In this document: positions 1 to 12,867 of the stretch, in pieces | How positions within the stretch are numbered: the stretch's first letter is position 1 | Layout of the letters: each line of letters starts with the position of its first letter | Made by a program: the position numbers and the translations under genes | Source of the DNA: an uncultured Pelagibacteraceae bacterium | Lineage (GTDB): Bacteria; Pseudomonadota; Alphaproteobacteria; Pelagibacterales; AG-422-B15 | Direction of reading: 5' to 3' | NCBI GenBank assembly: GCA_902554325.1 | Contig: CACDOH010000001.1 | Coordinates: forward strand, 68,135-132,134 | DNA: 64,000 bases | The notes under the pieces: model-generated | Seen by the model: only the letters and a program-made list of their open reading frames with translations | Database searches by the model: none | Told to the model about the DNA's origin: nothing

Positions 1-77
1 AAAAAGAAAAAATTCAATTATTTCAGTCTGTTATCCCAGATTACTTGAGCAATTTAATAAATTCTATTAAAAGCTGA
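1..77 (+). CDS. 3' end of a probable RluA/RluD-family pseudouridine synthase (truncated by window edge)
   Basis: Frame 3 reads KEKIQLFQSVIPDYLSNLINSIKS* with TGA at 75-77. This resembles the RluD C-terminus, and rluD usually precedes rpoH in Alphaproteobacteria. Confidence 0.5.
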   Translation, partial: KEKIQLFQSVIPDYLSNLINSIKS

Positions 78-79
78 GC

Positions 80-107
80 ATTGAAAAAAAGCATATAAGT
101 ACCATAT
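80..107 (+). promoter_or_regulatory. Putative sigma-32 (RpoH) promoter of rpoH
   Basis: TTGAAA (81-86), 15 nt, CCATAT (102-107), close to the heat-shock consensus CTTGAA..CC(C/T)ATAT. Confidence 0.5.
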
Positions 108-114
108 TTAATAT

Positions 115-2288
<2,174 letters not shown>

Positions 2289-2300
2289 TTATCCTAAATA

Positions 2301-3635
2301 TTAAGAAAAATATTTTGTAACGTTTTCAGTTAATTCATCAATTTTACTCTGATTTTTACACTCTATCATAACTCTCAAAAGTGGTTCAGTGCCAGACATT
2401 CTAACAACGATTCTACCTTCACCTGCAACTTCTTCCTCACACTTTTTAATAAAATTCTTAGTTTCATCACTTTCCAAAATATTCTTAGTTTTAACTTCAA
2501 AATTAACTAGGTTTTGGGGATGTGGCATAAATAAATTAAGAATTTCACTAGCTTGTTTTTCTTTTTGCATAATAATTGCGAGTACTTGTAGGGCAACAAT
2601 AATACCATCACCAGAGGATGTATAATCCCTCATGATAATATGACCTGATTGCTCCCCACCTAAATTTAGATTTTCATTAATCATTTTTTCTTTGACATAT
2701 CTATCGCCAACATTTGCTCTAACTAATTCAATATTATTCTCATTGAGTAGATTTTCTAACCCAATATTGGCCATTGAAGTCCCAACAACTTTATTTTTTT
2801 GAAGTAAATTTTTTTTGCTCATATGTAATGCTAGCAACGCAAGGATCTGGTCGCCATTAATGACATTTCCTTTCTCATCGACTATTGCTAAGCGGTCTCC
2901 ATCTCCATCTAATGCAATGCCTATATCAGCTTTTTCCTCTATTACAGTTTTTGCTAATAAATCAGTATTTGTTGAGCCGCACTTATCATTGATATTTATT
3001 CCATTTGGCTGAGTTCCAATTTGAATTACCTCTGCTCCTAACTCCCATAAGATAAGAGGAGCTGATATATATGAAGCACCATGAGCGCAATCAACAACTA
3101 TTTTTAAACCATCAAGTCGTTGCGTCTTTGGAAATGTATTTTTCAAATATTCTATATACCTTCCATTTGCATCTTCTAACCTTTGAGCTCTTCCTATGTT
3201 TTCAGGCTTGGCTAGAGATTCTTCAAGTTTACTTTCCATTAGATTTTCTATCTCTAGCTCTGTCTCATCAGAGAGCTTGTTACCAAGTCTATCAAATATC
3301 TTTAAGCCGTTATCTTGATATTGATTATGAGATGCTGTGATCATAATTCCAAGGTCAGCTCGCATTGACTTTGTTAACATTGAGACTGCAGGAGTTGGGA
3401 TCGGGCCAAATAAAAAAACATCCATGCCCATTGAAAGTAAACCAGATGTTAAAGCCTGTTCGATCATGTAACCAGATAGCCTAGTATCTTTTCCAATAAC
3501 AACCTTATGCCTGTGATCTCCTTTGGTAAAATATTTTCCAAGTGCCATCCCTAGATTAATTAGGGTAGGTCCATTTAATTTATCGCTGTTTGAGCTTGCT
3601 CGAATTCCATCTGTTCCAAAATATTTTTTTTTCAT
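2301..3635 (-). CDS. glmM: Phosphoglucosamine mutase
   Basis: FGTDGIR, ITASHN, DGDGDR, GGEQSGH, RMSGTEP; follows folP. Confidence 0.97.
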   Translation of the reverse strand: MKKKYFGTDGIRASSNSDKLNGPTLINLGMALGKYFTKGDHRHKVVIGKDTRLSGYMIEQALTSGLLSMGMDVFLFGPIPTPAVSMLTKSMRADLGIMITASHNQYQDNGLKIFDRLGNKLSDETELEIENLMESKLEESLAKPENIGRAQRLEDANGRYIEYLKNTFPKTQRLDGLKIVVDCAHGASYISAPLILWELGAEVIQIGTQPNGININDKCGSTNTDLLAKTVIEEKADIGIALDGDGDRLAIVDEKGNVINGDQILALLALHMSKKNLLQKNKVVGTSMANIGLENLLNENNIELVRANVGDRYVKEKMINENLNLGGEQSGHIIMRDYTSSGDGIIVALQVLAIIMQKEKQASEILNLFMPHPQNLVNFEVKTKNILESDETKNFIKKCEEEVAGEGRIVVRMSGTEPLLRVMIECKNQSKIDELTENVTKYFS

Positions 3636-4687
3636 ATCAATTTCGAATAGACTTTTATTGCTTGGTTTGTCTCATATACGTCATGCACTCTGAATATTTG
3701 AATACCTTGAGACAGACCGTATAAAACTGAAGCTATCGATCCCCCTTTACGATCATCGTATAATTCATTTTTTTGAATCTTTCCAATAAAACTTTTTCGA
3801 GAACTGCCTAACATTACCGGTAGACCAAGTGAGTGAAGTAAACTAATTTTTTTTATAAGTGTCAAATTTTGTTTCAGAGTCTTACCAAAGCCAATGCCTG
3901 GATCAATAATAATTTTATTTTCAGATATTCCTTTTGATTTACATTTTTCTATTTGCTTTTCTAAAAAATCATAAACATCTAGTAAAACATCTTTATATTT
4001 AATTGATTTTTGCATTTTCGCAGGATTAGAGATTGAATGCATTATAATGAAAGGAATTTTAGCATTATTTAAAAAACTTATAGCTTTACTGTCATACCTT
4101 AATCCCGAGACGTCATTGATAAAATCAATATTATATTTCATTACAGCTTTCATTACTTTAGATTTTCTTGTATCAACTGAAACTAAAGAATTTCTCGAAT
4201 TACTTTTGATTTGATCAATAACTGGCATTATTCTTTGAAGTTCTTTTTTAGCTGGAACTGTCTTTGACCCAGGTCGCGTAGACTCTCCTCCAACGTCAAC
4301 TATGGCAGCGCCCTCTTTCTTTAACTTTTTGTATTGTGCAAATGCGTCATTAACTGATAAAAATTCTCCTCCATCAGAAAAACTATCTGGGGTGACGTTT
4401 AATATTCCCATTATTATGGGTTTATTAAAATTTAAATTTTTAATCTTCTTTCTGGTTTTTGTTATTTTTTTGAGTTGAATATTGATTATCTGACTAATGT
4501 CTTTTGATAGTCCATTGACCTCTTTTAAATGGAGATATTTTGATGAAATTTTTTTACCATCTCTTTTAATTAATTCAATTCTATCAAAATAAAATTTGGA
4601 AGAGCCAAGTTTTAGAGAGTCTTTATTTTTATTATTATTAAATATGGGTCTTACGTAATACTTAACAAGTTTACGCGAAGCGGTCAT
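3632..4687 (-). CDS. folP: Dihydropteroate synthase with an N-terminal extension of about 85 aa
   Basis: MGILNVTPDSFSDGG, GGESTRPG, DPGIGFGKT, SRKSF, RVHDV. Confidence 0.95.
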   Translation of the reverse strand: MTASRKLVKYYVRPIFNNNKNKDSLKLGSSKFYFDRIELIKRDGKKISSKYLHLKEVNGLSKDISQIINIQLKKITKTRKKIKNLNFNKPIIMGILNVTPDSFSDGGEFLSVNDAFAQYKKLKKEGAAIVDVGGESTRPGSKTVPAKKELQRIMPVIDQIKSNSRNSLVSVDTRKSKVMKAVMKYNIDFINDVSGLRYDSKAISFLNNAKIPFIIMHSISNPAKMQKSIKYKDVLLDVYDFLEKQIEKCKSKGISENKIIIDPGIGFGKTLKQNLTLIKKISLLHSLGLPVMLGSSRKSFIGKIQKNELYDDRKGGSIASVLYGLSQGIQIFRVHDVYETNQAIKVYSKLI

Positions 4688-4699
4688 ATTTAATTTAGT

Positions 4700-6610
4700 T
4701 TAACTAGTCTGTGGTTTGGGCTTGAAACCAGGAACAACTGTTGAAGGTTTTCCACTTTTAGGTACTGATGGACCAGCATTGTTAATTTCCTCTTCCGGGT
4801 TTGGTCTGTCAATTTTTCCATCCTTAAGTAACGACAATATTTCGTCTCCATTCAAAGTTTCATATTCAATTAAGCCTTTTGCAAGAGCATGAAGATCTTT
4901 AATTTTATCATTAAGAATCTTCCTTGCTAAATCATAGCACGTATCAACAATTATTCTAATCTCAGAATCAATCAGTCTAGCTGTGTCTTCTGACACATTT
5001 TGATGTTTCTGAACTGATCTACCTAAGAAAACTTCTTCCTCGTTTTCACTGTACTGAAGTGGTCCTAGTTTTTCACTCATTCCGTATTTAGTGACCATAT
5101 TTCTTGCCATTTTAGTCGCCATTTCGATATCAGAAGATGCACCTGATGTTACCTTGTCGTCACCAAAAATTATTTCTTCTGCTACTCTTCCTCCCATAGC
5201 AACAGTGATATCAGCAAGCATCTTCTCTCTTGCCATTGATAACTGGTCTCGTTCAGGTAGTCTCATAACCATTCCTAGGGCTCTACCACGGGGTATGATT
5301 GTAGCCTTATGAATTGGATCTGATGCGGGTTGATTTAAAGCAACAATAGCGTGACCACCTTCGTGATACGCTGTTAATTCTTTTTCTTCTTGACTCATTA
5401 CAAGAGATCTTCTCTCTGATCCCATCATGACTTTGTCTTTTGCTTCTTCGAAATCTACCATTGTCACAATTTTTTTATTTTTTCTTGCAGCAAGTAATGC
5501 AGATTCATTAACAATATTAGCTAAATCAGCTCCTGAAAAACCAGGAGTTCCCCTTGCAATTGTTCTAATATCTACATCAGGGGCAACTGATATTTTTTTA
5601 ATATGAACTTTTAAAACTGCTTCTCTGCCCATAATATCTGGATTTGGAACTACTACTTGTCTATCAAACCTACCAGGTCTTAATAAGGCTGGGTCTAATA
5701 CATCTGGTCTGTTTGTTGCAGCAACTAATATAATACCTTCTTGGGTATCAAAACCATCCATTTCTACAAGAATTTGGTTTAACGTTTGCTCTCTTTCATC
5801 ATTGCCACCGCCAAGACCTGCTCCACGGCTTCTTCCAACAGCATCAATTTCATCAATGAATATTATACATGGAGAATTTCTTCTTCCTTGCTCAAACATA
5901 TCTCTAACTCTTGAAGCTCCCACGCCAACAAACATTTCTACAAAATCAGAACCCGAAATTGTAAAAAATGGAACGCCAGCTTCACCCGCAACAGCTCTTG
6001 CTAAAAGTGTTTTACCTGTTCCAGGGGGACCAATTAATAAAGCACCTTTTGGAATTCTTCCACCAAGCTTTTGAAATTTTCTTGGATCCTTTAAAAAGTC
6101 TACAATCTCTACAAGTTCCTCCTTTGCTTCATCTATTCCTGCTACATCGTTAAAAGTTACCTTATTTTTGTTTTCAGTTAAAAGTTTTGCTTTTGATCTA
6201 CCAAAACCCATTGCTCCACCTCTACCACCTTGCATTTGTCTCATAAAGAAAATCCATACACCTATAAGTAATAGCATAGGGAACCATGAAATAAGCACTC
6301 CCAGTAGTGAAGGATAGCCATCGTCAAGAGGAGCAGCAGAGATATTCACACCTCTTTCATTTAATCTGTCTACAAGCGTAGGGTCGTTTGCAGCATAAGT
6401 TTTAAATGAACGCCCATCATCAAATGCGCCATTAATATTGCTGCCTCTTATAACTACATCTTTGACGGACCCAGCTTCTACTTCATCAAGAAATTGAGAA
6501 TATGTAAGATCAATTACATTTCTTTCGCCACTGGTGTTGCTGAAAAGATTAAATAGACCGAAAACGATAAGGGCAATAAAAAACCATAGTGTAATATTTC
6601 TGAAATTCAT
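4700..6610 (-). CDS. ftsH: ATP-dependent zinc metalloprotease FtsH
   Basis: Two TM segments, [26 protein letters not shown] zinc motif. Confidence 0.99.
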   Translation of the reverse strand: MNFRNITLWFFIALIVFGLFNLFSNTSGERNVIDLTYSQFLDEVEAGSVKDVVIRGSNINGAFDDGRSFKTYAANDPTLVDRLNERGVNISAAPLDDGYPSLLGVLISWFPMLLLIGVWIFFMRQMQGGRGGAMGFGRSKAKLLTENKNKVTFNDVAGIDEAKEELVEIVDFLKDPRKFQKLGGRIPKGALLIGPPGTGKTLLARAVAGEAGVPFFTISGSDFVEMFVGVGASRVRDMFEQGRRNSPCIIFIDEIDAVGRSRGAGLGGGNDEREQTLNQILVEMDGFDTQEGIILVAATNRPDVLDPALLRPGRFDRQVVVPNPDIMGREAVLKVHIKKISVAPDVDIRTIARGTPGFSGADLANIVNESALLAARKNKKIVTMVDFEEAKDKVMMGSERRSLVMSQEEKELTAYHEGGHAIVALNQPASDPIHKATIIPRGRALGMVMRLPERDQLSMAREKMLADITVAMGGRVAEEIIFGDDKVTSGASSDIEMATKMARNMVTKYGMSEKLGPLQYSENEEEVFLGRSVQKHQNVSEDTARLIDSEIRIIVDTCYDLARKILNDKIKDLHALAKGLIEYETLNGDEILSLLKDGKIDRPNPEEEINNAGPSVPKSGKPSTVVPGFKPKPQTS

Positions 6611-6707
6611 TTTTTTTTAATTGTTCATTATATTAAATAATTACTATTTTACGTCATGCAAGAAAAGAAAGGTATAAATTTTAACAATATATATCAATTG
6701 CTTAACA

Positions 6708-7799
6708 CTAATAATGCTCTATTAATTTTGGCCAATTCTTATTTTTAAGAATAACTTTGAAATTTTGTCCCGAATGTGGGCTCCCTCTTTTTTCTTTTGA
6801 TATTAGAATTTCGTCACTTTTAATCATAAATATGCATCCATTTAAAGTATGACTTTTAAAATCTCCAGTATTAATTTTTTCAATAAGGTTTTGGAGCGAC
6901 TTAGATCTGGGAACTTTATCCTTATTGCCCATAAGACGGCACAGTTTATTGATAACTCGGTATTGTATTTCAACTGGCGCTTCTTTAAATTTTTTATTAT
7001 TAAACTTTAAAGTGCTATTTCTACCAAGCGAAATACATTTTTTTAAATAGTTATTAACTGATACAGTAATTGCTTCATCTGCTTTTTTTAAATTTTCTAT
7101 AACTTCTAGAATTCTTTTCTTATCCAACCCCTCAGTAATTAAATTTTCAGCAATAGCTCTAATACGAGACCTATCGTACTTCATATCTTGATTTGTGTTA
7201 TCATATATATAAGGTTGCTTCATTTTTGCTAAATACTTAATCAAACATTTCTTTGAATATTTTAATAAAGGTCTAACAATTTTAATCTCTCCTCCTTTAT
7301 ACTTAGAAACTGGCTTTAAAGATGATAGACCTTTTATTCCGCTACCTCTAATTAACCTCATTAAAAATGTTTCAATTTCATCGTCTAAATGATGTGCAGT
7401 TAATAAATATTTAAATTTATTTTTTCTACAAACATCTGCTAATAGTTCATACCGATGTTTTCTAGCTGTTGAAAGTGTATTTGAACTACTTATTTTTTTT
7501 ATAACTTTTTTTGATAGAAATCTTACTTTTTCTTTTTTCATTAGCTTCTTTATCCATTTAATTTCTATAGATGAATCTTCTCGCAACCTATGATCTATTG
7601 AAACAGCAATAAATTTTAGATTATTTTTTTTTGCGAAATTTTTAGCCAGATATAAAAGAGCTAAGCTATCTGGACCTCCAGAAAGAGCAACGGTAAAGTT
7701 TGCATTTACACCAAGAAACTTGAGTTGTTTTTCAAAATCTGCATCGGTGATCTTCTTTATATTTTTATAATTAATTGGCTTAACTAATTTCACAGCCAT
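6708..7799 (-). CDS. tilS: tRNA(Ile)-lysidine synthetase
   Basis: PP-loop SGGPDS, DHRLR, AHHLDDEIET, RGSGIKGL, VRPLL; upstream of ftsH. Confidence 0.93.
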   Translation of the reverse strand: MAVKLVKPINYKNIKKITDADFEKQLKFLGVNANFTVALSGGPDSLALLYLAKNFAKKNNLKFIAVSIDHRLREDSSIEIKWIKKLMKKEKVRFLSKKVIKKISSSNTLSTARKHRYELLADVCRKNKFKYLLTAHHLDDEIETFLMRLIRGSGIKGLSSLKPVSKYKGGEIKIVRPLLKYSKKCLIKYLAKMKQPYIYDNTNQDMKYDRSRIRAIAENLITEGLDKKRILEVIENLKKADEAITVSVNNYLKKCISLGRNSTLKFNNKKFKEAPVEIQYRVINKLCRLMGNKDKVPRSKSLQNLIEKINTGDFKSHTLNGCIFMIKSDEILISKEKRGSPHSGQNFKVILKNKNWPKLIEHY

Positions 7800-8817
7800 T
7801 TCTTTTTAATTCTAGATTGCTTCTATCAATGATCGAGGGATTAGCTTCAGGATATGACTCTTGCAGTTGTATAAATGTAATACATCCCTGTTCTTTTTGT
7901 TGCATGTTTACTAATGAAATTCCTAATTTTAATAGCGCATCTGGTGCCTTTTTTGCATTTGGGAAAGTTTGATAGAGATTCAAATAATTTTTAGCAGCAT
8001 CTTTGAAGTTTTCTCTTACGTAATAAGTCTCAGCTAGCCAAAAATGTGAATTACTTAAATAATTTCTATCATCCCCAATGGTAATAAATTCTGTGAACGC
8101 TTTTTCTGCTGTTTCATAGTCACCTTGCTTAAGTAAATTAATGGCATATTCATACTGACTTTTTTCATCACTCTCCGGCAGTATTGTTAAAGGCGTTTGT
8201 TGTTCCCCAAGGGATACAATATTATCTTGCGATATTGTATTTATAATTTGTTGCTCTTCACCTTCATTATTAATTTTTACTTCAAAAGGTGAATTTTCTT
8301 CTTCAGGTAAGCTTGACATGTTTATAGTTCCAAGTGATTTTGGCTCTAAATCTAATTCATCTTCATTAGCTATAAACATTTCGCTTTGCATTACACTTAA
8401 AGTGTTAGGTTGGGCATTATTTTGAACTTTTTCTATATTCTCAGCTTTAGTGTTTAAATCTGTAAATCTATACTCTGCATCTTCTTTGAATGTGTTAAAA
8501 TTATTTACAGTAGATTGCATCGTAAAAATCATTTCTTCAATTCGAGCTGTTAGAGATTGAATTTCATTTTGAAGTTCTGATATTTGAATAGATTGTTTTG
8601 CAATTATTGATTGATAATCATCAAGACTTAAATTATTTCCTTGGTCAGAAGTTGTATTGTTAAATGTTGCTTTTTCAAGAACCTTTATTCTACTTTCGAT
8701 TGTTTCTAGCTTTTGAAGAAGTTTATCTAATGGAATTTCTTCTGCATAGAGAACAGGATTGAATAATGTAAGAGCTATTTGAGTAACACAAAAATATAGA
8801 TAAATCTTATTGATCAT
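7780..8817 (-). CDS. cpoB: Tol-Pal system protein YbgF/CpoB
   Basis: Signal peptide, coiled coil and C-terminal TPRs (FWLAETYY, KAPDALLKLG); downstream of pal. Confidence 0.9.
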   Translation of the reverse strand: MINKIYLYFCVTQIALTLFNPVLYAEEIPLDKLLQKLETIESRIKVLEKATFNNTTSDQGNNLSLDDYQSIIAKQSIQISELQNEIQSLTARIEEMIFTMQSTVNNFNTFKEDAEYRFTDLNTKAENIEKVQNNAQPNTLSVMQSEMFIANEDELDLEPKSLGTINMSSLPEEENSPFEVKINNEGEEQQIINTISQDNIVSLGEQQTPLTILPESDEKSQYEYAINLLKQGDYETAEKAFTEFITIGDDRNYLSNSHFWLAETYYVRENFKDAAKNYLNLYQTFPNAKKAPDALLKLGISLVNMQQKEQGCITFIQLQESYPEANPSIIDRSNLELKRNGCEIS

Positions 8818-8889
8818 AAAAATAAATAATTTTTATAAGCCTAGACTTATCTTTTGTCTAAATAAAGGCGTTAATAATTAAATATCGAT

Positions 8890-9426
8890 TTAATTTGTTC
8901 TTACAGTTACTGATCTTCTATTTTGTGCCCAGGCCTTTTTATTTGAGCCACTATTCACGGGTCTTTCCTTGCCAAAACTGATAGTGGTAACCCTGCTAGA
9001 ACTAATCCCTTGTGTCATCAAATAATCTTTAGCAGCGTTAGCTCTTCGATCACCAAGTGCTAAGTTATATTCTCTCGTTCCTCTTTCATCAGCATGACCT
9101 TCAATCGCTATTGTAACTGATCCATTTGCTTTCAACCATTTCGCCTGTTTTTCTAATGTATTTTGAGCAGCTTTAGTAAGTGAATGGCTGTCGTATGCAA
9201 AAAATATTCTATCAGGAACATCGATCGCTAACATTTCAACAGTATCTGATCCAACATACACACCGTCTTGTATTTCTACAGCTGCGGTTGATGATGATGA
9301 TGATGATGATGATGATGTTGATGATGATGATGCAGTATCTTTTGGCACAGTTTCACAAGCTGCCAAAAACAAAGCAAATAATATAATTACCAAATATCTG
9401 GTATAATTCTGAAAGGTTGAAACCAT
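8890..9426 (-). CDS. pal: Peptidoglycan-associated lipoprotein Pal (start moved to ATG 9426)
   Basis: Lipobox LAAC; OmpA-like domain IEGHADERGTREYNLALGDRRA and QNRR. Confidence 0.96.
   Translation of the reverse strand: MVSTFQNYTRYLVIILFALFLAACETVPKDTASSSSTSSSSSSSSSTAAVEIQDGVYVGSDTVEMLAIDVPDRIFFAYDSHSLTKAAQNTLEKQAKWLKANGSVTIAIEGHADERGTREYNLALGDRRANAAKDYLMTQGISSSRVTTISFGKERPVNSGSNKKAWAQNRRSVTVRTN
9289..9330 (-). repeat. (TCA)4-ACA-(TCA)9 trinucleotide repeat encoding the poly-Ser linker of Pal
   Basis: Plus strand reads (TGA)9 TGT (TGA)4 at 9289-9330, translating to SSSSTSSSSSSSSS. Confidence 0.95.
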
Positions 9427-9548
9427 TTTAATAAACTCCCGTAATATTTTCAAAGCCGTTAGTACTCTATTAACTTAACTTGCGCAAGTCTAGGATAAAG
9501 TTATTACATATTCTTTAAAATATGTCTAATTTCCAGTAAAAATTGCCC

Positions 9549-10871
9549 TTATTGTATTAATTTTGACCAAGATGGGTCGGATGCATCAACCGGTGTAATA
9601 ATTTTTCTCTCGTTAAACCCAGTCAAATCAATAGACCAAATGGATGAAGAGTGACCGTCCCCTGCATCATTTGCTTTTGTTTCACGATAAAATATTAATA
9701 CCCTCCCATTAGATGACCATGATGGTGCTTCTTGATACCAATTTTCAGTTAGTAATCTCTCACCACTTCCATCAGTTCTCATGACGCCAATAAAATATTG
9801 ACCCTGATAAAACTTTGTAAAAGCAATAAGATCACCTCTTGGAGACCAAACAGGGGTTGCGTAATTACCTCCTTGTTTTGAAATTCTCTTTTGATTTCGC
9901 CCATTGCTGTCCATTACATAAATTTGCTGGGACCCTCCTCTATCAGAATTGAATGTAATTTTTTTACCGTCAGGAGAATAACTTGGAGATGTATCGATTG
10001 CTGGACTGTCAGTTAGTCGTTCAACAACACGATTTGTTAAATCCATGACGTACAAGTCAGAGTTGCCCTCTCTTGCTAAGCTCATAATAATTTTTCCTCC
10101 ATCTGGAGAAAATCGTGGTGCAAAAGTCATACCCGGAAAATCACCCACAACTTCTTGTATTCCTGTTTGAATATTTAATAAATAAACTCTGGGCAAATTT
10201 TTAAAATATGAGAGATATGTAATCTCTTGTCTTACAGGGTTAAATCTTGGTGTTAAGACTAGTTCTTTTCCACTTGTTAAAAACTTATGGTTAGCTCCAT
10301 CTTGGTCCATGATTGCTAGTTTTTTTATTCTTTTATTTTTTGGACCCTCTTCAGCAACATAAACTATCCTTGTATCAAAGTAACCTTCCTCACCTGTAAG
10401 TCTCTCATATATTTTGTCTGCAATCATATGACTAATTCTTCTCCAATTATCAATTGTTGTAATAAGAACTAATCCCTCTATTTCTTTTTCCGCAAATGTA
10501 TCCCATAAACGAAATTCTACTCTTAACCTATCGTCTTCAATGGCAAGTTCTCCTGTAAGCAAACCTTGGGCTTTTATTAACCTCCAATCTGCGAATCTAG
10601 GTTTTAAATGCATGGCGCGATTTGTTTGAATGAATGCCTTATCATCAATTGATGAAAACAAACCACTTCTTTCAAGGTCATCTGAAATTACAGTTCTAAT
10701 ATTTTCTGTTATTTTCTTGTCTATTATTTCTTGGTTATTGTCATGAAAGAACTCACTGATTGCAAGTGGAAGAGGTTCTCGATTACCTTCAGTTATATCG
10801 ATTTCAATTATCGCAAATGAAATATTAGTGAATAATATTAAGGGAAATAAACATACCAGTAATCTTTTCAT
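9549..10871 (-). CDS. tolB: Tol-Pal beta-propeller protein TolB
   Basis: [18 protein letters not shown], repeated PD40 motifs (PRFSPDG, PSYSPDG, PVWSPRG). Confidence 0.97.
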   Translation of the reverse strand: MKRLLVCLFPLILFTNISFAIIEIDITEGNREPLPLAISEFFHDNNQEIIDKKITENIRTVISDDLERSGLFSSIDDKAFIQTNRAMHLKPRFADWRLIKAQGLLTGELAIEDDRLRVEFRLWDTFAEKEIEGLVLITTIDNWRRISHMIADKIYERLTGEEGYFDTRIVYVAEEGPKNKRIKKLAIMDQDGANHKFLTSGKELVLTPRFNPVRQEITYLSYFKNLPRVYLLNIQTGIQEVVGDFPGMTFAPRFSPDGGKIIMSLAREGNSDLYVMDLTNRVVERLTDSPAIDTSPSYSPDGKKITFNSDRGGSQQIYVMDSNGRNQKRISKQGGNYATPVWSPRGDLIAFTKFYQGQYFIGVMRTDGSGERLLTENWYQEAPSWSSNGRVLIFYRETKANDAGDGHSSSIWSIDLTGFNERKIITPVDASDPSWSKLIQ

Positions 10872-10873
10872 AT

Positions 10874-11686
10874 TTAACCTCTTAGTATCTCTCTAGGATC
10901 AAAATTCAACTGTAAATTTTTCCAATTATCATAACGCTCAGCTTCTGGTGCCTTTATAGGGTCACATCGTCTTACCGCTCTAAGAGCACTCTCTGCGAGT
11001 GTTCTAAAATATTTCTCGCCTGGCTTATTCATCCGTTCATGCTGGACAACTTCTGGTGGTTTTAAAAGCGACCCATCTGTATTTAAAAATATTTTAATTT
11101 TTACTATCATTGTTTCATCATAAGGAATTCCGAGTGGAATACTCCAACATTGCATAAATTGTGCTCTGATTGCGTCCTCCTCACTTAGAGTCAGACGCTT
11201 ATCGAGACTTGGTGTTGAATCAAGGGCTTCATAATCCTTTTCAACGATATCTTCTGGATTTGTTTGTTTTGTATCTTTTTGCTTGTCAATTAACTCAGCT
11301 AGTTTGAGAGGATCAAATTTATCTTTCTTTTTTATCTCTGGCTTTCTGACTGGCATATTTTGTATCATTTTTTCTTCAATTTTTTTATTTTCAATTTTCT
11401 CTTCTGTGGACGGATCTTTTACTTTTTCATTTGATTTTTCTTCTTTTGGTTTTTGAATTGGTTGATTTAATTTTTGTTCTTCTTTTTTGTTTTCTTTTTC
11501 TGGTTTTTTATCCTCTTTCTTTTTACTAATCTGAGGTACATTTGTTTTTTCTGCTATTTCGATCAGTTCAACTTGAATAACAGGTGGCGTTTCAAGTTCA
11601 TCATTATTAAATAAAGGGAGTGAGACTATTGTAAAAAGAAGGATGAACAAGTGAAGTGATACTGATCCTACAACTGAAATTCTCAT
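10874..11686 (-). CDS. tolA: TolA-like energy transducer
   Basis: N-terminal TM with SxxLH (SVSLH), K/E/P-rich stalk, C-terminal [15 protein letters not shown]; lies between tolR and tolB. Confidence 0.85.
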   Translation of the reverse strand: MRISVVGSVSLHLFILLFTIVSLPLFNNDELETPPVIQVELIEIAEKTNVPQISKKKEDKKPEKENKKEEQKLNQPIQKPKEEKSNEKVKDPSTEEKIENKKIEEKMIQNMPVRKPEIKKKDKFDPLKLAELIDKQKDTKQTNPEDIVEKDYEALDSTPSLDKRLTLSEEDAIRAQFMQCWSIPLGIPYDETMIVKIKIFLNTDGSLLKPPEVVQHERMNKPGEKYFRTLAESALRAVRRCDPIKAPEAERYDNWKNLQLNFDPREILRG

Positions 11687-11702
11687 ATTTAAGTCCCATT
11701 AA

Positions 11703-12107
11703 TTAATTGCTTATGGGTTTTGTAATTAAAGAAACTTTTGAAAAGCCTGATCCAGATAACTCCCCAAGTACTCTCATTACTTTTCCGTAGTCAATTGCCT
11801 CATCTCCTCTGACGTATATCTTTGTATCTAATCTATTATCAGTTATTGCTTTTATTTTAGGAATTAATTCACCCAGTGCTATTTCTGTTTCTTGAATATA
11901 GATTATACCAGTCTCATTGATTGTTACTTCCATTGGCTCATCATCAGATTGCAGGGAGTCAGCATTGCTTTCAGGAAGATCTACTTGTACGCCAACTGTT
12001 AATAACGGAGCAGTAACCATAAAAATTATAAGCAGAACCAACATTACATCAACAAAAGGTGTAACATTTATATCGCTAAAGGGTTTTGAACGAGTATTTC
12101 TAATCAC
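11703..12107 (-). CDS. tolR: TolR (ExbD family), GTG start
   Basis: DINVTPFVDVMLVLLIIFMVTAP, VRGD. Confidence 0.95.
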   Translation of the reverse strand: MIRNTRSKPFSDINVTPFVDVMLVLLIIFMVTAPLLTVGVQVDLPESNADSLQSDDEPMEVTINETGIIYIQETEIALGELIPKIKAITDNRLDTKIYVRGDEAIDYGKVMRVLGELSGSGFSKVSLITKPISN

Positions 12108-12123
12108 TTAATAAATTTCATGT

Positions 12124-12828
12124 TTATTTTGCACTTAGTCCTCTTGAGAAAATGACATTAAACTGCTCTTTAAATCTATACATTCGGGCATTCTCGTCAT
12201 TCACTTGGCTTGTGAAAATATTATAGGCTATTACAGCTGGTATAGCTGCCAGAAGTCCTAGAGCTGTAGCAAAGAGAGCTTCGGCAATCCCTGGTGCCAC
12301 TACTGCTAAGGATGTATTTCTTGATATTGCAATTGACTGAAAAGAATTCATTATCCCCCAAACCGTCCCAAATAGACCGATGAAAGGTGTTGTTGCGCCT
12401 ATAGTTGCGAGATAGCTAAAGTATAGTGAGAGCTTTTCATTTTGATAATCAATTGCGGCTTCCATAATTCGATTAATTCTATCAGTAATGCTGTCGATAT
12501 TTTTTTTAGTATCTTTATTTGATTTTTCAATTTCATCTACTGCCTCAAGAAAAACATACTTTATAGGACTCTCTGAGAGATGATGGGTGGTTGATGCAAT
12601 TTCTTTGATGGTACGTCCTGACCAAAATTCTTCCTCAAATTGTTTGCTGATTTTTTTTAAAGACCTAAAAAGTCGTATTTTATGAATAATTATTGTCCAT
12701 GAGAATATTGATGCTGCAAATAATATAAGAATTACTAACTTCACTACTAAGTCAGCCCTAAAGAAAAGCGACATTAAGGTGAACTCATCGTTTATTTGAC
12801 TTGTACTAATCAGAGCTTCGTTTTCCAT
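12124..12828 (-). CDS. tolQ: TolQ (MotA/ExbB family)
   Basis: [33 protein letters not shown]. Confidence 0.96.
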   Translation of the reverse strand: MENEALISTSQINDEFTLMSLFFRADLVVKLVILILFAASIFSWTIIIHKIRLFRSLKKISKQFEEEFWSGRTIKEIASTTHHLSESPIKYVFLEAVDEIEKSNKDTKKNIDSITDRINRIMEAAIDYQNEKLSLYFSYLATIGATTPFIGLFGTVWGIMNSFQSIAISRNTSLAVVAPGIAEALFATALGLLAAIPAVIAYNIFTSQVNDENARMYRFKEQFNVIFSRGLSAK

Positions 12829-12867
12829 AATATTATTTTAAAACCAAAAATTGTCTTAAATAGGGCA

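Noticed and set aside
8838..8870. Imperfect hairpin between pal and cpoB
   Set aside because: Short stems with a large bulge and loop and no clear U tract; not supportable as a terminator.
9180..9386. ORF with a poly-Met run
   Set aside because: Opposite-strand reading of the (TCA)n repeat in pal.
12104..12121. Mini-ORF MKFIK* between tolQ and tolR, with its stop overlapping the tolR GTG; could be a frameshifted tolR start or a coupling peptide
   Set aside because: tolR is full length from the GTG, and a 5-codon ORF is expected by chance. Worth a read-level check only.
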